The translations under genes and the position numbers were made by a program. Shown piece by piece: positions 11,017-21,437 of a stretch of 64,000 nt of DNA. Origin of the DNA: Sphingorhabdus sp. GTDB taxonomy: Bacteria > Pseudomonadota > Alphaproteobacteria > Sphingomonadales > Sphingomonadaceae. The notes under the pieces were generated by a model. The model made no database searches. It saw only the letters and a program-made list of their open reading frames with translations, and had not been told where the DNA came from. Within the stretch, counting starts at the first letter, position 1. Each line of letters begins with the position of its first letter. The stretch is taken from positions 38,705-102,704 of the forward strand of contig NZ_JBJXFW010000006.1 of the NCBI RefSeq assembly GCF_046154385.1, in the 5' to 3' direction.

Positions 11017-13014
11017 CTATATCTCGTAACCAAATGCATCGGCCCAAGGACGCAACACGGGCAATACAGGCTCCAGCCGGTCTCGGTAACGTACCCAGCG
11101 GCCTGCAGCGCGTTGATAGATCGGTTCGGTCACTTGCGAATAGCTTGCGGTCGTAATCAATCCCCGCGCTTTTGCCGTGCTGCGATGGTCGAGCGCTTCG
11201 GCTTTCCATTCAAGGCCAAGAAATTCGAAAAGTGGCCGGACCTCTTGTTCAACATTTTCGATGAGCCGCTCGTATCGGATGACGTGCACATCGGGGGCAA
11301 ACAGCTCCCGCGAACGCTGCCAATGCTGAAATGTCAGATCATAAAATTCGGCCGCATCCTCAAGCCGCAGGAAGTTTGACATGGCCGAGTTTAATCGGAA
11401 ATTGCTCATATAGCAGCTCAGCAAAACGTCGCACGGGTGGCGTAAGGCTAATATGAAGCGGGCGTTGGGGAACAGTCGGCGAATGAGCGGAACTTTCTGA
11501 AGGAAAAGCGGCGATTTATCGATCAGCAAATCTGCCCCCGACACAGCGAAGCTGTCTCCGATTTCCTTAAAATAGTGCGATCGCGCACGCCGGATAGCCT
11601 CATCATCCAGCGACAAGGTTGCCGCCAGTCCGCCAATCGCACCATCAACGCGGTTTAGCGCGGGATGTTCTTCCAACACCGTCGTTTGGGGATGCCCCAT
11701 CAATATGGTGTCGAGTAAGGTCGTCCCGGATCTCGGAAATCCGACGAGAAATACAGGGTCGCGGGAATCCGGATTTAGCCCGGGATGCGGCCACGAAGCC
11801 GCGATATCGTGCGTGAGCAACTGCAAATCGGAACGCAACCTCGCGCGGACGTCGTGGGCCCGCTGTACCGGATCGGATGCATCCAGCTGGTGCAACCGGT
11901 TTGTTTCGTCAAACGCGGCGAAGGCTTCGTCCGACAGCCCCATCCGATCCAACAGGGTTGCGCGTATGTGGGAGCTGCGTTCCGGCTCCAGAGTTGCCGG
12001 CAAATTCGTGATGCACTCCAGCGCCTCGGCAAATTGACCCGCGCGGCGAAATTCAAGCGCGCGCAGAAATCCCAAAACACCTGCGTCCAATCCGTGCAGT
12101 TCCGCCATGGCAATAAGCGGCGCGAATTCTTCTTCGCGGTTGGTATGTTCATAATGGATGGCCAGCCCCAGATAGGCTTCGGCCAGATGCGGATCGCTGG
12201 CAAGGGCGCGGCGGTAAGCTGTTTCGGCTTCGGCGGTACGCAAGATCATGCCATATTCGATGGCGAGTTTCAGTTGCATTCCCGCGTTTTCACTCTCGAT
12301 AGTGACCGCTTGCTCCAACGCTGCGAGTGCCTTTTCAGGCTGGTTCAATCTTTTGAAGTGGGAATGAAGTTCGAACATGGGCCGCGCCGAATCCGGAAAA
12401 TCCCGTATCATCTTTTCCAAAGCCTCTTCGGCATCCTTGGTTCGGCCAGCCGCGTCGTAAGCTGCGGCAAGGTTGAGCCGCGATGGTGCTGATTTGGGGT
12501 CCAGCGATACCGCACGTTCCAAGGCGCCGATGCTTGCTTCAAATTCCCCCAGAGGCTGCAGTGCATTGCCAAGATTGTTCCAGCTTTCGAAATCGTCCGC
12601 AACGCGGTCCACGACATATCTATACGCTTGGGCAGCATCGGCAAACCGGTCCAAGGATTGCGAGAGAAAGCCACGATAGCGCATAATGCGAAGCGATGGC
12701 TCCTGCTCGGCAAGTTCCCATGATGCGATCTCAAGTGCGGCCGAAACGTCGCCGGTTTCGATCAATATGGCGATAAGATTACCGGCAATGACGCCATCGG
12801 TCGGGTTCCCCCGATGGGCGAGATATAAATGGTCCGCAGCCGCTGTTGTGTCACCGTTCCGGGCCGATATCATGCCCAGAAAGGCATTCAGCGCCACTGG
12901 ATCGCCAGATTGATCAAGGCCTTCTCGGGCGGTCTTGGTCGCAAGTGCGACATTGCCGAACCGAATGTGCGCCATCGCGATTTTCAGGATTTCAGCCGTT
13001 TTCGGGTCTAGCAT
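11017..13014 (-). CDS. TPR-repeat protein fused to a C-terminal sulfotransferase domain
   Basis: The N-terminal about 400 aa are repeated TPR-like helices. The C-terminus carries the PAPS-binding 5'-PSB-like motif FLVGFPRSGTTLLDTIL and the 3'-PB-like motif LALRHPCDVLLSCYMSNF. Confidence 0.8.
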   Translation of the reverse strand: MLDPKTAEILKIAMAHIRFGNVALATKTAREGLDQSGDPVALNAFLGMISARNGDTTAAADHLYLAHRGNPTDGVIAGNLIAILIETGDVSAALEIASWELAEQEPSLRIMRYRGFLSQSLDRFADAAQAYRYVVDRVADDFESWNNLGNALQPLGEFEASIGALERAVSLDPKSAPSRLNLAAAYDAAGRTKDAEEALEKMIRDFPDSARPMFELHSHFKRLNQPEKALAALEQAVTIESENAGMQLKLAIEYGMILRTAEAETAYRRALASDPHLAEAYLGLAIHYEHTNREEEFAPLIAMAELHGLDAGVLGFLRALEFRRAGQFAEALECITNLPATLEPERSSHIRATLLDRMGLSDEAFAAFDETNRLHQLDASDPVQRAHDVRARLRSDLQLLTHDIAASWPHPGLNPDSRDPVFLVGFPRSGTTLLDTILMGHPQTTVLEEHPALNRVDGAIGGLAATLSLDDEAIRRARSHYFKEIGDSFAVSGADLLIDKSPLFLQKVPLIRRLFPNARFILALRHPCDVLLSCYMSNFRLNSAMSNFLRLEDAAEFYDLTFQHWQRSRELFAPDVHVIRYERLIENVEQEVRPLFEFLGLEWKAEALDHRSTAKARGLITTASYSQVTEPIYQRAAGRWVRYRDRLEPVLPVLRPWADAFGYEI

Positions 13015-13114
13015 GAATATCAGTCTATCTGTTTAACTCAAGAGCGCTTCTTTTGGCACAGGCCGACGGCAAATGCGACGGAAACGTAAAGGCTGCAAAG
13101 CCTGCTGATTACCC

Positions 13115-13147
13115 AAAAAAAAGGCGGCTGGTACATGACCAGCCGCC
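13115..13147 (-). terminator. Rho-independent terminator downstream of the TonB-dependent receptor gene
   Basis: On the minus strand: GGCGGCTGGT-catgt-ACCAGCCGCC followed by TTTTTTTT (A8 at 13115-13122 on the plus strand). Confidence 0.85.
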
Positions 13148-13170
13148 TAATCTTAGCAATCAAACCGGAT

Positions 13171-16100
13171 TTAGAAATCCAGTGTTACACCAGCATAGAG
13201 ATACCGGCCCAGTGCGTCATAGGTCGCAGGATAGGTATTGCCGTTGCAAGGACCGGTTGGGCACAGGTTGGATCCGGCACGTCCGCCGTTTCCTGATGTG
13301 ACCAATGGCGGTTGCTTATCAAGCAGGTTGTTGACGCCCAGACGGAAGTTGAAATTGTCGCCAATTGCAACGGTCGTAGCCAGATCGAAGTAATCCTGTG
13401 CCTTGATGCGGAGACCCGGATCAAAGTTGAATGCACCGGCCAGCGATGGGTTCGTCGACAGCGTTTCCGCCCTTACTTTGCCAATACGACGCCATTGCAG
13501 TGACAGGCCAATGCCATTGGCCATCTGCAACGTTGTCCGCACCTTATGACGCCATTTAGGCAATGGAGCGCCACTGTCTGTGGTGCCGCCCTTGCTGCAT
13601 GTTGGGCCATAGAGACCGGCGCAATCATAAGGTTGGGTCAGGCCATTGTCGACCTTGAAAGCATCCAGATAGGTTCCGACAAAGCTGAAGGACAATGTTC
13701 CGATGCTTCCCAGTTCCGTATTGTAACCGCTATTGATTTCAATACCTTTGGTTTGCACTTCACCGACGTTGTTCGGCAAATCGTTCACAAAACCGCCTGG
13801 TGTGAGCCAGATTGAACCCGCTGCGTCACGATCCACAAGTCCGCATGATACGGGGGTAAATGTAGCAGTCGCGTTTGCAATACAGTCACCCAAAATGGCA
13901 TCTTGGCCGAACGAACGGATGGCGTTCGCGACCTTGATATCAAAATAGTCAACGGTGAGTGAAAAGCGCGGCAAGAACGATGGCTGGAATACGAAGCCAA
14001 AAGTCTTGGTCGTTGCCTTTTCCGGTGACAAATTGGGGTTGCCGCCAACAAAGCCATTATACTGACCAGCAGGGTTTGCCGCTGTCGTTTGACCGACCAG
14101 CAAACCTTGAGCCAGACAGCCAAAGTCAGTCGCTGTGATGACTACGCCCGCGCAAGGATCTACCGAACCATTCAAGCCAACTGTTGGCGTTGAAAACAGT
14201 TCCTGAATGTTAGGCGCACGAACCGCACGGTTATAGGCCGCACGGAAACGGATGTCTTCGACAGGCGCCAGATCGGCAGCAATCTTGTACGTGGTCGTGC
14301 TGTAGGAATTACCCGAGCTTGTCTTGTAATCCGAATAGCGGAAGCCAGAATTCAGCGACAATTCGTGAATGAAGTTATCCTGCACGATTGGGATCTGTGC
14401 TTCGGCGAAGAATTCCTTGACGCTGAAATCACCCGAAAGCGGCAAAGTCGCACCGCCCTGACCGGTCAGATCGCCCGTCTGGAACGCATTGTCGGTCAGC
14501 AGTTCGAGTGACTCTTTGCGCCACTCAACACCAACGTTGATGGCAACGCCGTCATTCGCCCAAGGGGCCTTGAAGCCATATTCGCCGAGCTGGCCGGTCA
14601 ACGAAGCAGATATGACCTGCTCCGAAGTCTGGCCTTTTTGGAAACCGCTTGCGTCAAGATAATTGATCGCAGCAGCGCTCGCGCCACCCAGACCTGCAAA
14701 TACGTTATAAGGAACGCAATTCGGGTCCGTGCCATCAAGTACCGAACGGCAAATTGGAACGCCGCCAGGTCCGGCAACAACGTCCAGTGCCTTGGTCAAC
14801 CGTGCAACCGAAAATTCGTTGGTGTACACTTGCGTATAATTGGTGCGGCCATATTGGTAATAAGCGTCGTAGGACCATGCTTTACCCAAATCGCCCTTGC
14901 TGCCGAGAACAGCGCGGAAGTTGGTGTGCTGCAAATCGGAACGACGTGGTCCACCTTCAACGTTACGACGCAGCAACTGGAAATATGCCCGGTTGTAAGG
15001 CAGTCCGGTTGTAGGGTCGATGAAGTTGATCGGAGCAGCGCCGGGATTAGGGTTATATGGCGCGCCGACAGCAAGCGGGAATGTGCCAAGGAAACCGTTA
15101 ATCAGGTTTTCATTGTCAAAAATGACCGCACGTTGCGCTGCCGAGATCAGCGGGTTGTCGCTGTTGATCGTCAATGTGTTACCAAAGTTACCTGATGGCG
15201 CGATCTGGGCGACCGTGCGGTCGTCCATGAACATGAACTCCATATAAGGCTTGATAGCATCATTGATTTCATAGTTCGCAAAAAGTCCCGCCGTGTAACG
15301 CTCATCGTTACGCTGGAAGAAGTTTGTAGGAGCAAAGTTGAAACGCGTTGCCGCATTGTTGAACCCGCCACCTGGTGCGAACGAATAAAAGGTCGAAGTG
15401 CCGCCGTCGAAAACAAGGACGTTACCTTCGGGTGAAGTCGCCGAACCACCGCACTGGTTCGCACCACCACCTGTGTTCTGAAGAACGCAAGCGCTGTAGT
15501 CACGATTTGCTTGAGTGACGGGCTTTACATTGCGATAGCCGAAATAGACCACAGCGTGTCCGCGATCGCCGTCAAAGCCGCTGCCGATCGAAACCGTGCC
15601 GTCAAAAGCGCCACCGTCGGTCACGCTGCCTTCTGGATATCCGTAACCGGCAAGGCCCTGCGCCTGACGTGCATCAAGCAACGGCGGCAGCAACTTGTTG
15701 CGGTTGTTATGCTGGAACAAGCTGTACTGGCCATCAAAGCGAACACCCGTAAAGTCGGTGTCGATAATAAAGTTCACAACACCGGCCACAGCATCGGCAC
15801 CGTAAGTGGACGATGCACCACCGGTAAGTACTTCGACGCGCTTCAGGATGGAGGCAGGGATGATATTGATATCGGCAGCAGAACCGCTTCCTGGGCTAGG
15901 ATCACCCGGAAGAAGACGACGACCATTGATCAGGCTCAAGGTACGGCTTGTTCCAAGACCACGAAGGTCAACCGAAGCCGTTCCGTCTGCACCGTTCGAC
16001 AAGGTCGAAGCCTGGCTTGCGAAAACCGAAGGAAGCGAATTCAAAAGATCTTCAACCCGGACGGTTCCCTGAAGCTTGATGTCTTCGCTGCTGACAACGG

Positions 16101-16308
16101 TGATCGGGCTCGAGGATTCCAGATTTGGCCGCGCGATGCGCGAACCTGTGACGATGATTGCCTCGCTTACTTCTTCCTCGGCCGCATCTTGTGCGAACGA
16201 AGGTGTAGAAATCAGCGCCAGACCGATTGCAAGCGGTGCTGCGGCATATTTCAAATTGCTGATACGTGTAGTTTTCACGGTATAGCCCTCCATAGCTATT
16301 TGGGTCAT
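13171..16308 (-). CDS. TonB-dependent outer-membrane receptor (large, 1045 aa)
   Basis: Signal peptide ...ALISTPSFAQD, plug region EAIIVTGSRIARPNLESSSPITVVS, a Gly/Asn/Tyr-rich beta-barrel, and a terminal ...YLYAGVTLDF. An alternative ATG lies 15 nt downstream. Confidence 0.9.
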   Translation of the reverse strand: MTQIAMEGYTVKTTRISNLKYAAAPLAIGLALISTPSFAQDAAEEEVSEAIIVTGSRIARPNLESSSPITVVSSEDIKLQGTVRVEDLLNSLPSVFASQASTLSNGADGTASVDLRGLGTSRTLSLINGRRLLPGDPSPGSGSAADINIIPASILKRVEVLTGGASSTYGADAVAGVVNFIIDTDFTGVRFDGQYSLFQHNNRNKLLPPLLDARQAQGLAGYGYPEGSVTDGGAFDGTVSIGSGFDGDRGHAVVYFGYRNVKPVTQANRDYSACVLQNTGGGANQCGGSATSPEGNVLVFDGGTSTFYSFAPGGGFNNAATRFNFAPTNFFQRNDERYTAGLFANYEINDAIKPYMEFMFMDDRTVAQIAPSGNFGNTLTINSDNPLISAAQRAVIFDNENLINGFLGTFPLAVGAPYNPNPGAAPINFIDPTTGLPYNRAYFQLLRRNVEGGPRRSDLQHTNFRAVLGSKGDLGKAWSYDAYYQYGRTNYTQVYTNEFSVARLTKALDVVAGPGGVPICRSVLDGTDPNCVPYNVFAGLGGASAAAINYLDASGFQKGQTSEQVISASLTGQLGEYGFKAPWANDGVAINVGVEWRKESLELLTDNAFQTGDLTGQGGATLPLSGDFSVKEFFAEAQIPIVQDNFIHELSLNSGFRYSDYKTSSGNSYSTTTYKIAADLAPVEDIRFRAAYNRAVRAPNIQELFSTPTVGLNGSVDPCAGVVITATDFGCLAQGLLVGQTTAANPAGQYNGFVGGNPNLSPEKATTKTFGFVFQPSFLPRFSLTVDYFDIKVANAIRSFGQDAILGDCIANATATFTPVSCGLVDRDAAGSIWLTPGGFVNDLPNNVGEVQTKGIEINSGYNTELGSIGTLSFSFVGTYLDAFKVDNGLTQPYDCAGLYGPTCSKGGTTDSGAPLPKWRHKVRTTLQMANGIGLSLQWRRIGKVRAETLSTNPSLAGAFNFDPGLRIKAQDYFDLATTVAIGDNFNFRLGVNNLLDKQPPLVTSGNGGRAGSNLCPTGPCNGNTYPATYDALGRYLYAGVTLDF

Positions 16309-16654
16309 GCAAACACTTTGGGTCGCGTTTGCAAAGCTTGTTAATGCCCCAGATTTTCATCCATTCCATGTGCATCGGGTATGCGCCACGGCGGAAAATT
16401 TACTCTAGGTTGCCTTCGCTTTGGCCGAAAAGCCTATGCCGCGCAAAGAAATTGCTGGATCGCGACGGGAAATTTTGGCGCATGTAGTATTTATGCCACA
16501 GTATTTTCAGGGTCAGCTTGCCCCCATGGGTCGGGCAATATTTACAGTGCAGAATATCAACATCGAATATCTTGTCCGTGATATTTCATTCATGACAGCG
16601 ACAGCGGCTTTCGTTAATAGCGTCACAACCTTTTACAGGAGAGACCTGATCCCG

Positions 16655-17275
16655 ATGTCCGCTTTTTATCCGATTATCCGTGCCGCAACGGCTATTTTGC
16701 TTGCGTTGACCATGCTTGCACCTGCCCATCTGGCCGCACAAATTGCCCCCGCTGCTGCGGCTCCGGCGGCTACACCGGACAATATGTTACACCTTGATCT
16801 GTCGACCGGCGGACGTGTAACCATCCAGCTTTATCCAGACATAGCCCCCGCGCACGTCGACCGCATCAAAACGCTTGCCCGTCAGGGATTTTATAATGGA
16901 GTGGTTTTCCACCGGGTAATTGACGGCTTTATGGCGCAAACCGGGGACCCAACGGGGACCGGACAGGGCGGGTCAGAACTGCCCGACCTGAAAGCCGAGT
17001 TTAACAAGCTGCCGCATTTGCGTGGCACGGTGTCCATGGCGCGTACAAATGAACCTGACACCGCCAACAGCCAGTTCTTCATATGCTTTCAACCGCGTTT
17101 CAGTCTTGATAACAAATACACCGTCTTCGGCCGGGTGGTTTCAGGGATGCAATATGTCGACGCAATCGAACGTGGCGAACCACCTGCAAGTCCGAGCAAG
17201 GTCATACAGGCATCGATCGCGTCCGACAATATAACGCCACCGCTTGTAGCCGCTCCGCAGATCATGACCGATTGA
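16655..17275 (+). CDS. Periplasmic peptidyl-prolyl cis-trans isomerase (cyclophilin type)
   Basis: [24 protein letters not shown] and NSQFFICF are cyclophilin signatures. Start at ATG 16655 ([29 protein letters not shown] signal peptide) is preceded by AGGAGAG. Confidence 0.9.
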   Translation: MSAFYPIIRAATAILLALTMLAPAHLAAQIAPAAAAPAATPDNMLHLDLSTGGRVTIQLYPDIAPAHVDRIKTLARQGFYNGVVFHRVIDGFMAQTGDPTGTGQGGSELPDLKAEFNKLPHLRGTVSMARTNEPDTANSQFFICFQPRFSLDNKYTVFGRVVSGMQYVDAIERGEPPASPSKVIQASIASDNITPPLVAAPQIMTD

Positions 17276-17309
17276 CCCGATTTTCGCGGGTTCGAAAGAC
17301 CGTCAAAAC

Positions 17310-18341
17310 ATGCGGGTAGACCTGTTCGATTTTCATCTGCCGCCGGAACGCATTGCGTTGCGGCCGGTTACACCGCGCGATTCCGCACGTATGTTGGCTG
17401 TTGGAGGTACAGGTGATGTGTCCGACCATCATGTCTGTGACCTGCCGCAAATGTTGCGTCGGGGCGATTGCCTTATTTTCAACGACACGCGTGTAATCCC
17501 GGCCCAGTTGGACGGGTTTCGCGGCGCGGCCAAAATCGGCGCAACATTGCACAAGCGCCTCGACCTGCGCCGTTGGCAGGCCTTTATCCGCAACGCAAAG
17601 CGCCTGCGGGAGGGTGAAAGTGTCGATTTCGGCTCGGGCGTAATCGCCGTCGCCGAAGAGCGCCACGATGATGGCAGCTATACGCTTTATTTTCAGGGTG
17701 ACGAGCCGGTCGAAATTCTGCTGCAGCGCGCAGGAACAATGCCTTTGCCGCCTTATATCGCCGGCAAACGCCCCACAGACGAACGGGACGCGCAGGATTA
17801 TCAGACCATGTTTGCCCAGAAGGATGGCGCAGTTGCAGCACCGACGGCTTCTCTACATTTCACGCCCGAATTGATGGCCGCAATTGTCGCGGCGGGCATC
17901 GAAACTGCCACGTTAACGCTGCATGTTGGTGCCGGCACTTTTCTTCCCGTGAAGGCCGAAGATACCAATGACCATCATATGCATCATGAATGGGGACAAA
18001 TCGACGCGGAAACCGCATCTCGTTTGAACGCGATCCGCGAAAATGGCGGGCGTCTCATTGCGGTTGGAACCACGTCGCTGCGCCTGATCGAGAGTGCAGC
18101 TGACGAAAACGGAACGATCCGGCCGTTTTCAGGCGACACCGATATTTTCATTACGCCGGGTTATCGTTTCAAGGCTATCAACGGCCTGATGACCAATTTC
18201 CACTTGCCCAAATCGACACTGTTCATGCTGGTTAGCGCGCTGATGGGCCGCGAAACAATGCAGGCGGCTTATGCGCACGCGATCGCAAGCGAATATCGCT
18301 TTTACTCTTATGGTGATTCCAGCCTGTTGCTACCCGAATAG
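17310..18341 (+). CDS. queA: S-adenosylmethionine:tRNA ribosyltransferase-isomerase
   Basis: [19 protein letters not shown]..., ...MPLPPYI..., ...[12 protein letters not shown]... and ...[12 protein letters not shown] are typical QueA blocks. Confidence 0.93.
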   Translation: MRVDLFDFHLPPERIALRPVTPRDSARMLAVGGTGDVSDHHVCDLPQMLRRGDCLIFNDTRVIPAQLDGFRGAAKIGATLHKRLDLRRWQAFIRNAKRLREGESVDFGSGVIAVAEERHDDGSYTLYFQGDEPVEILLQRAGTMPLPPYIAGKRPTDERDAQDYQTMFAQKDGAVAAPTASLHFTPELMAAIVAAGIETATLTLHVGAGTFLPVKAEDTNDHHMHHEWGQIDAETASRLNAIRENGGRLIAVGTTSLRLIESAADENGTIRPFSGDTDIFITPGYRFKAINGLMTNFHLPKSTLFMLVSALMGRETMQAAYAHAIASEYRFYSYGDSSLLLPE

Positions 18342-18369
18342 CGAGGTGAACCAAGACAAAGGTTGAAAA

Positions 18370-18604
18370 TTTTTCATCAGAAGGAATTGGGGAAAAAGGA
18401 AGAAGCGCAACTGTCCGCCACAAACCCGTAAATCCATAACCACCGTCACCCTGAACTTGTTTCAGGGTCTTAGTTTTCAACGCCGCATTACTAGGACCCT
18501 GAAACAAGTTCAGGGTGACGCATAGAGAAAGGAAGATGAAACCAAAGCACGGGAGAATAATGGTGTTTGGGCAAAGATAATATAATTCTTTACCTTTCCC
18601 TTTC
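18370..18604. repeat. MITE-like element, copy 2 (family A)
   Basis: Core arms GTCACCCTGAACTTGTTTCAGGGTC (18445-18469) and GACCCTGAAACAAGTTCAGGGTGAC (18495-18519), with a 25-bp spacer. Flanked by TTTTTCATCAGAAGGAATTGGGGAAAAAGGAAGAAG-type purine-rich sequence. Lies between convergent queA and pyk. Outer boundaries are approximate. Confidence 0.75.
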
Positions 18605-18634
18605 AAGGCCTAAGCAAAATCACCGCAAATCGGA

Positions 18635-20086
18635 TCAATGGCCCTTCAGTTCATCCCCTGTCAACCGGACTATGTGCAGCACATTGGTCGACCCCGGCGT
18701 GCCGAAGGGCACACCGGCCATGATGATAATCCGCGCACCCGCGGTGCCCAAATGATGGCGCAATGCCATCCGACGGCCTTTGGCGACCATTTCTTCAAAG
18801 CTGCCAATATCTTTCGTCCGCACACTGTGCGCGCCCCATAAAAGGCCGATCCGGCGCGCAGTTGCAATGTGCGAGGTCAGCACCAATACCGGCACCATGG
18901 GCCGTTCACGCGCAATACGCCGCGCTGTCGAACCGGATGAGGTGAAGCAGATGATCGCGCTCGTATCAATGGTCTGCACAATCTGCGCCGCAGACGCCGC
19001 GAGGGCATCGGCGGTGGTCGCATCGGCGCTGATCTTGGTGAACTGGACGCGGGCGTGGTAATCAGGGTCGCTTTCGACCTGCATCGCGATCCGGTCCATG
19101 ATCGACACCGCCTCAATCGGCCACGCCCCGGCAGCAGTTTCGGCCGACAGCATGATCGCATCTGCGCCATCGTAAATCGCGGTGGCCACGTCCGACACTT
19201 CGGCGCGCGTTGGCGAAGGCGAGGTGATCATCGACTCCAGCATCTGCGTGGCAACAACCACCGGCTTGCCCATCCGCCGTGCGGTGCTGACAATCCGTTT
19301 CTGCAAAGGCGGCACTTGTTCAGGCGGTAATTCAACCCCCAGATCACCGCGCGCCACCATCACCGCATCGGCCAGTTCCAATATTTCTTCCAGCCGTCCA
19401 ATCGCCGCTGGCTTTTCAATCTTTGCGAGCAAAGCGGCTTTGCCACCGATCAGCTTCTTGCCTTCGGCCACGTCTTCAGGACGTTGCACAAAAGACATGG
19501 CGATCCAATCGACATGTTGCGACACAGCAAAAGCAAGATCGGACCTGTCCTTTTCGGTCAGCGCGGCAACAGGCACCACAACATCGGGGACATTCAGGCC
19601 CTTGCGGTCGGACAGCATGCCGCCCACTTCGACCATTGTTTCAATTTTTTGCGGGGCAACGGTCACGACGCGCAGCACCAGCTTGCCATCATCTAGCAAA
19701 AGCCGGGTTTGCGGTTCGAGGGCGGCAAAAATCTCGGGGTGCGGGAGATAAACACGGCTGGCGTCGCCAGGTGTTTTGTCCGCATCAAGTATGAATTTTG
19801 ATCCGGTTTTCAATTCGACCTTGCCTTCGGCAAATTTGTCGATGCGTAATTTCGGCCCCTGTAAATCGACCAATATTGTGGTTGGGCGACCGAATTTTTT
19901 TTCCAATCCGCGAATATGTTCGACAAGCTTTGCCTTGTCGGCCTGTTCACCGTGGCTCATATTGATGCGGAATGCATCCGCGCCAGCCAGAAACAGCTTT
20001 TCAATCATCTCCGGCGTGTCACTGGCCGGACCGAGAGTGGCGAGAATGCGGACTTTGCGGGCACGTGGTTTCGAATATTGGGTCAA
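18635..20086 (-). CDS. pyk: Pyruvate kinase
   Basis: RKVRILATLGPAS..., MSHGEQ..., MVARGDLGVELP and ATQMLESM are canonical Pyk blocks. The track start is a TTG. Confidence 0.95.
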   Translation of the reverse strand: MTQYSKPRARKVRILATLGPASDTPEMIEKLFLAGADAFRINMSHGEQADKAKLVEHIRGLEKKFGRPTTILVDLQGPKLRIDKFAEGKVELKTGSKFILDADKTPGDASRVYLPHPEIFAALEPQTRLLLDDGKLVLRVVTVAPQKIETMVEVGGMLSDRKGLNVPDVVVPVAALTEKDRSDLAFAVSQHVDWIAMSFVQRPEDVAEGKKLIGGKAALLAKIEKPAAIGRLEEILELADAVMVARGDLGVELPPEQVPPLQKRIVSTARRMGKPVVVATQMLESMITSPSPTRAEVSDVATAIYDGADAIMLSAETAAGAWPIEAVSIMDRIAMQVESDPDYHARVQFTKISADATTADALAASAAQIVQTIDTSAIICFTSSGSTARRIARERPMVPVLVLTSHIATARRIGLLWGAHSVRTKDIGSFEEMVAKGRRMALRHHLGTAGARIIIMAGVPFGTPGSTNVLHIVRLTGDELKGH

Positions 20087-20183
20087 GCGTCCGCTCCGTT
20101 GGCTGGAATTCTTAATAAGACCGGCTATAGCACAAGGGAATCATGGCGGAAGGCCTTCAAATCACAAGAATAGGTATTCACCG

Positions 20184-20477
20184 ATGAAAGAACTGACCGA
20201 CCACGCTGCTGCAGCCGCATTCCGCCGTCTCGTAACGCATCTGCAACACCGGCACGACGCTGAAAACATCGACCTGATGGGGCTCGCTGGTTTTTGCCGC
20301 AATTGCCTCGCCGACTGGGTGATGGAGGCCGATGGCACCCTGACCAAGGACGAAGCGCGCGAACTGATCCACGGCATGCCAGCCGCCGAATGGAAAGCCC
20401 GCTTCCAAAGTGAGGCGACACCGGAAAAGCTGCACCGCATGAAGGAAAGCGTGGCGAAAAATGCTGCCGCGCATTAA
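20184..20477 (+). CDS. DUF1244-family protein
   Basis: MKELTDHAAAAAFRRLVTHLQHRHDAENIDLMGLAGFCRNCLADW matches my memory of the DUF1244 pattern (CRNCL). ATG 20184 lies within ORF 19776..20477. Confidence 0.75.
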   Translation: MKELTDHAAAAAFRRLVTHLQHRHDAENIDLMGLAGFCRNCLADWVMEADGTLTKDEARELIHGMPAAEWKARFQSEATPEKLHRMKESVAKNAAAH

Positions 20478-20544
20478 GCGGGTCGACATCTGATTCGGGC
20501 CGCCGGCAACCAACGGCACCCACCCCAATATTTAGGAGATTATC

Positions 20545-20787
20545 ATGGCAGATGCCGCTGTTTCCAATGAACAATTGCGCCTCTTTATGGAGCGCATCGA
20601 GCGTTTGGATGAAGAGAAAAAGGGAATTTCTGACGATATTCGCGACGTTTTTTCCGAGGCTAAAAGCCAAGGTTATGATACCAAAATAATGCGTCAGATC
20701 TTGAAGCTCCGCAAAATGAGCAATGACGATCGCCAAGAAATGGAAGCCCTGCTCGACACTTATAAGTCGGCTTTGGGATTAGCGTAA
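20545..20787 (+). CDS. gapR: GapR-like nucleoid-associated protein (DUF2312/UPF0335)
   Basis: 80 aa. NEQLRLFMERIERLDEEKKGISDDIRDVFSEAKSQGYDTKIMRQILKLRKM is the conserved alphaproteobacterial GapR sequence. AGGAG lies 6 nt upstream. Confidence 0.85.
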   Translation: MADAAVSNEQLRLFMERIERLDEEKKGISDDIRDVFSEAKSQGYDTKIMRQILKLRKMSNDDRQEMEALLDTYKSALGLA

Positions 20788-20804
20788 GTTGGGAACTGAT
20801 GGTG

Positions 20805-21437
20805 TTAGCTGTCACTGTTTAGAACTGCCTTATATAAGGCCATTGTCTCAGCATTACCGGTTGCCAAGCTGTCTAAAACTTCTCGCATTGAACCGATATG
20901 GTTGGTCAAGGCGAGCTGAGCTTGCTCACTGCCGGTGACGACATTTGCAAATGCCCACAAAAGCGCACCTCTTACCAGTTCTATATCTTGCTTTGACAAA
21001 TTAAGGTCTTCGATGGTCTTAGGGTGCGTGATACGGTTTCGGATCCGAATTGCATGGTTGAAATTTTGCCAGTCTGCAGATGAAAAATCGATGAGCCGTT
21101 CGCCAAACTCCTTCTCGGCTAGTTTGACGACAAAACGGAACATGGCTGTTAGAGGGACAAATCTCTCTTGCTCTTTGAGCTGGCCAGTTTCGTTTATGCC
21201 AAAGCTTTTTTCTTCAAATGCGGATCGTTCCAGCGGCGTCAGTCCGCGAATTGAAGCCACCATTTCCTGAATGTTTTGTCGATACAACCACAGCCAACCT
21301 TCAATTGCGGCAAAAGCGGTTCGCACGAAATCGCGCCGCGCCGGCTGGCTTTCATTCGCCTCCATTTTTATCATTGCTTCCAAGGCATCATATCCCAAAA
21401 CTCCGCAAAATGTTTGCCCTAAGCTATTGTTGATCAT
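20805..21437 (-). CDS. Orphan hypothetical protein with an R-N-x3-H (HEPN-like) motif
   Basis: ATG at 21437 is preceded by GGAGG with a 9-nt spacer; the longer track ORF starts at a TTG. The sequence looks all-helical. It contains NHAIRIRNRITHPK (RNRITH = Rx4H with Asn after Arg). The region is visibly AT-richer than its neighbours. Confidence 0.5.
   Translation of the reverse strand: MINNSLGQTFCGVLGYDALEAMIKMEANESQPARRDFVRTAFAAIEGWLWLYRQNIQEMVASIRGLTPLERSAFEEKSFGINETGQLKEQERFVPLTAMFRFVVKLAEKEFGERLIDFSSADWQNFNHAIRIRNRITHPKTIEDLNLSKQDIELVRGALLWAFANVVTGSEQAQLALTNHIGSMREVLDSLATGNAETMALYKAVLNSDS

Noticed and set aside
16309-16654. Riboswitch or leader upstream of the TonB-dependent receptor (for example cobalamin or another ligand).
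   Set aside because: No recognisable conserved riboswitch core (such as a B12 box) or extended structure was seen. The region looks like an ordinary AT-richer divergent promoter region.
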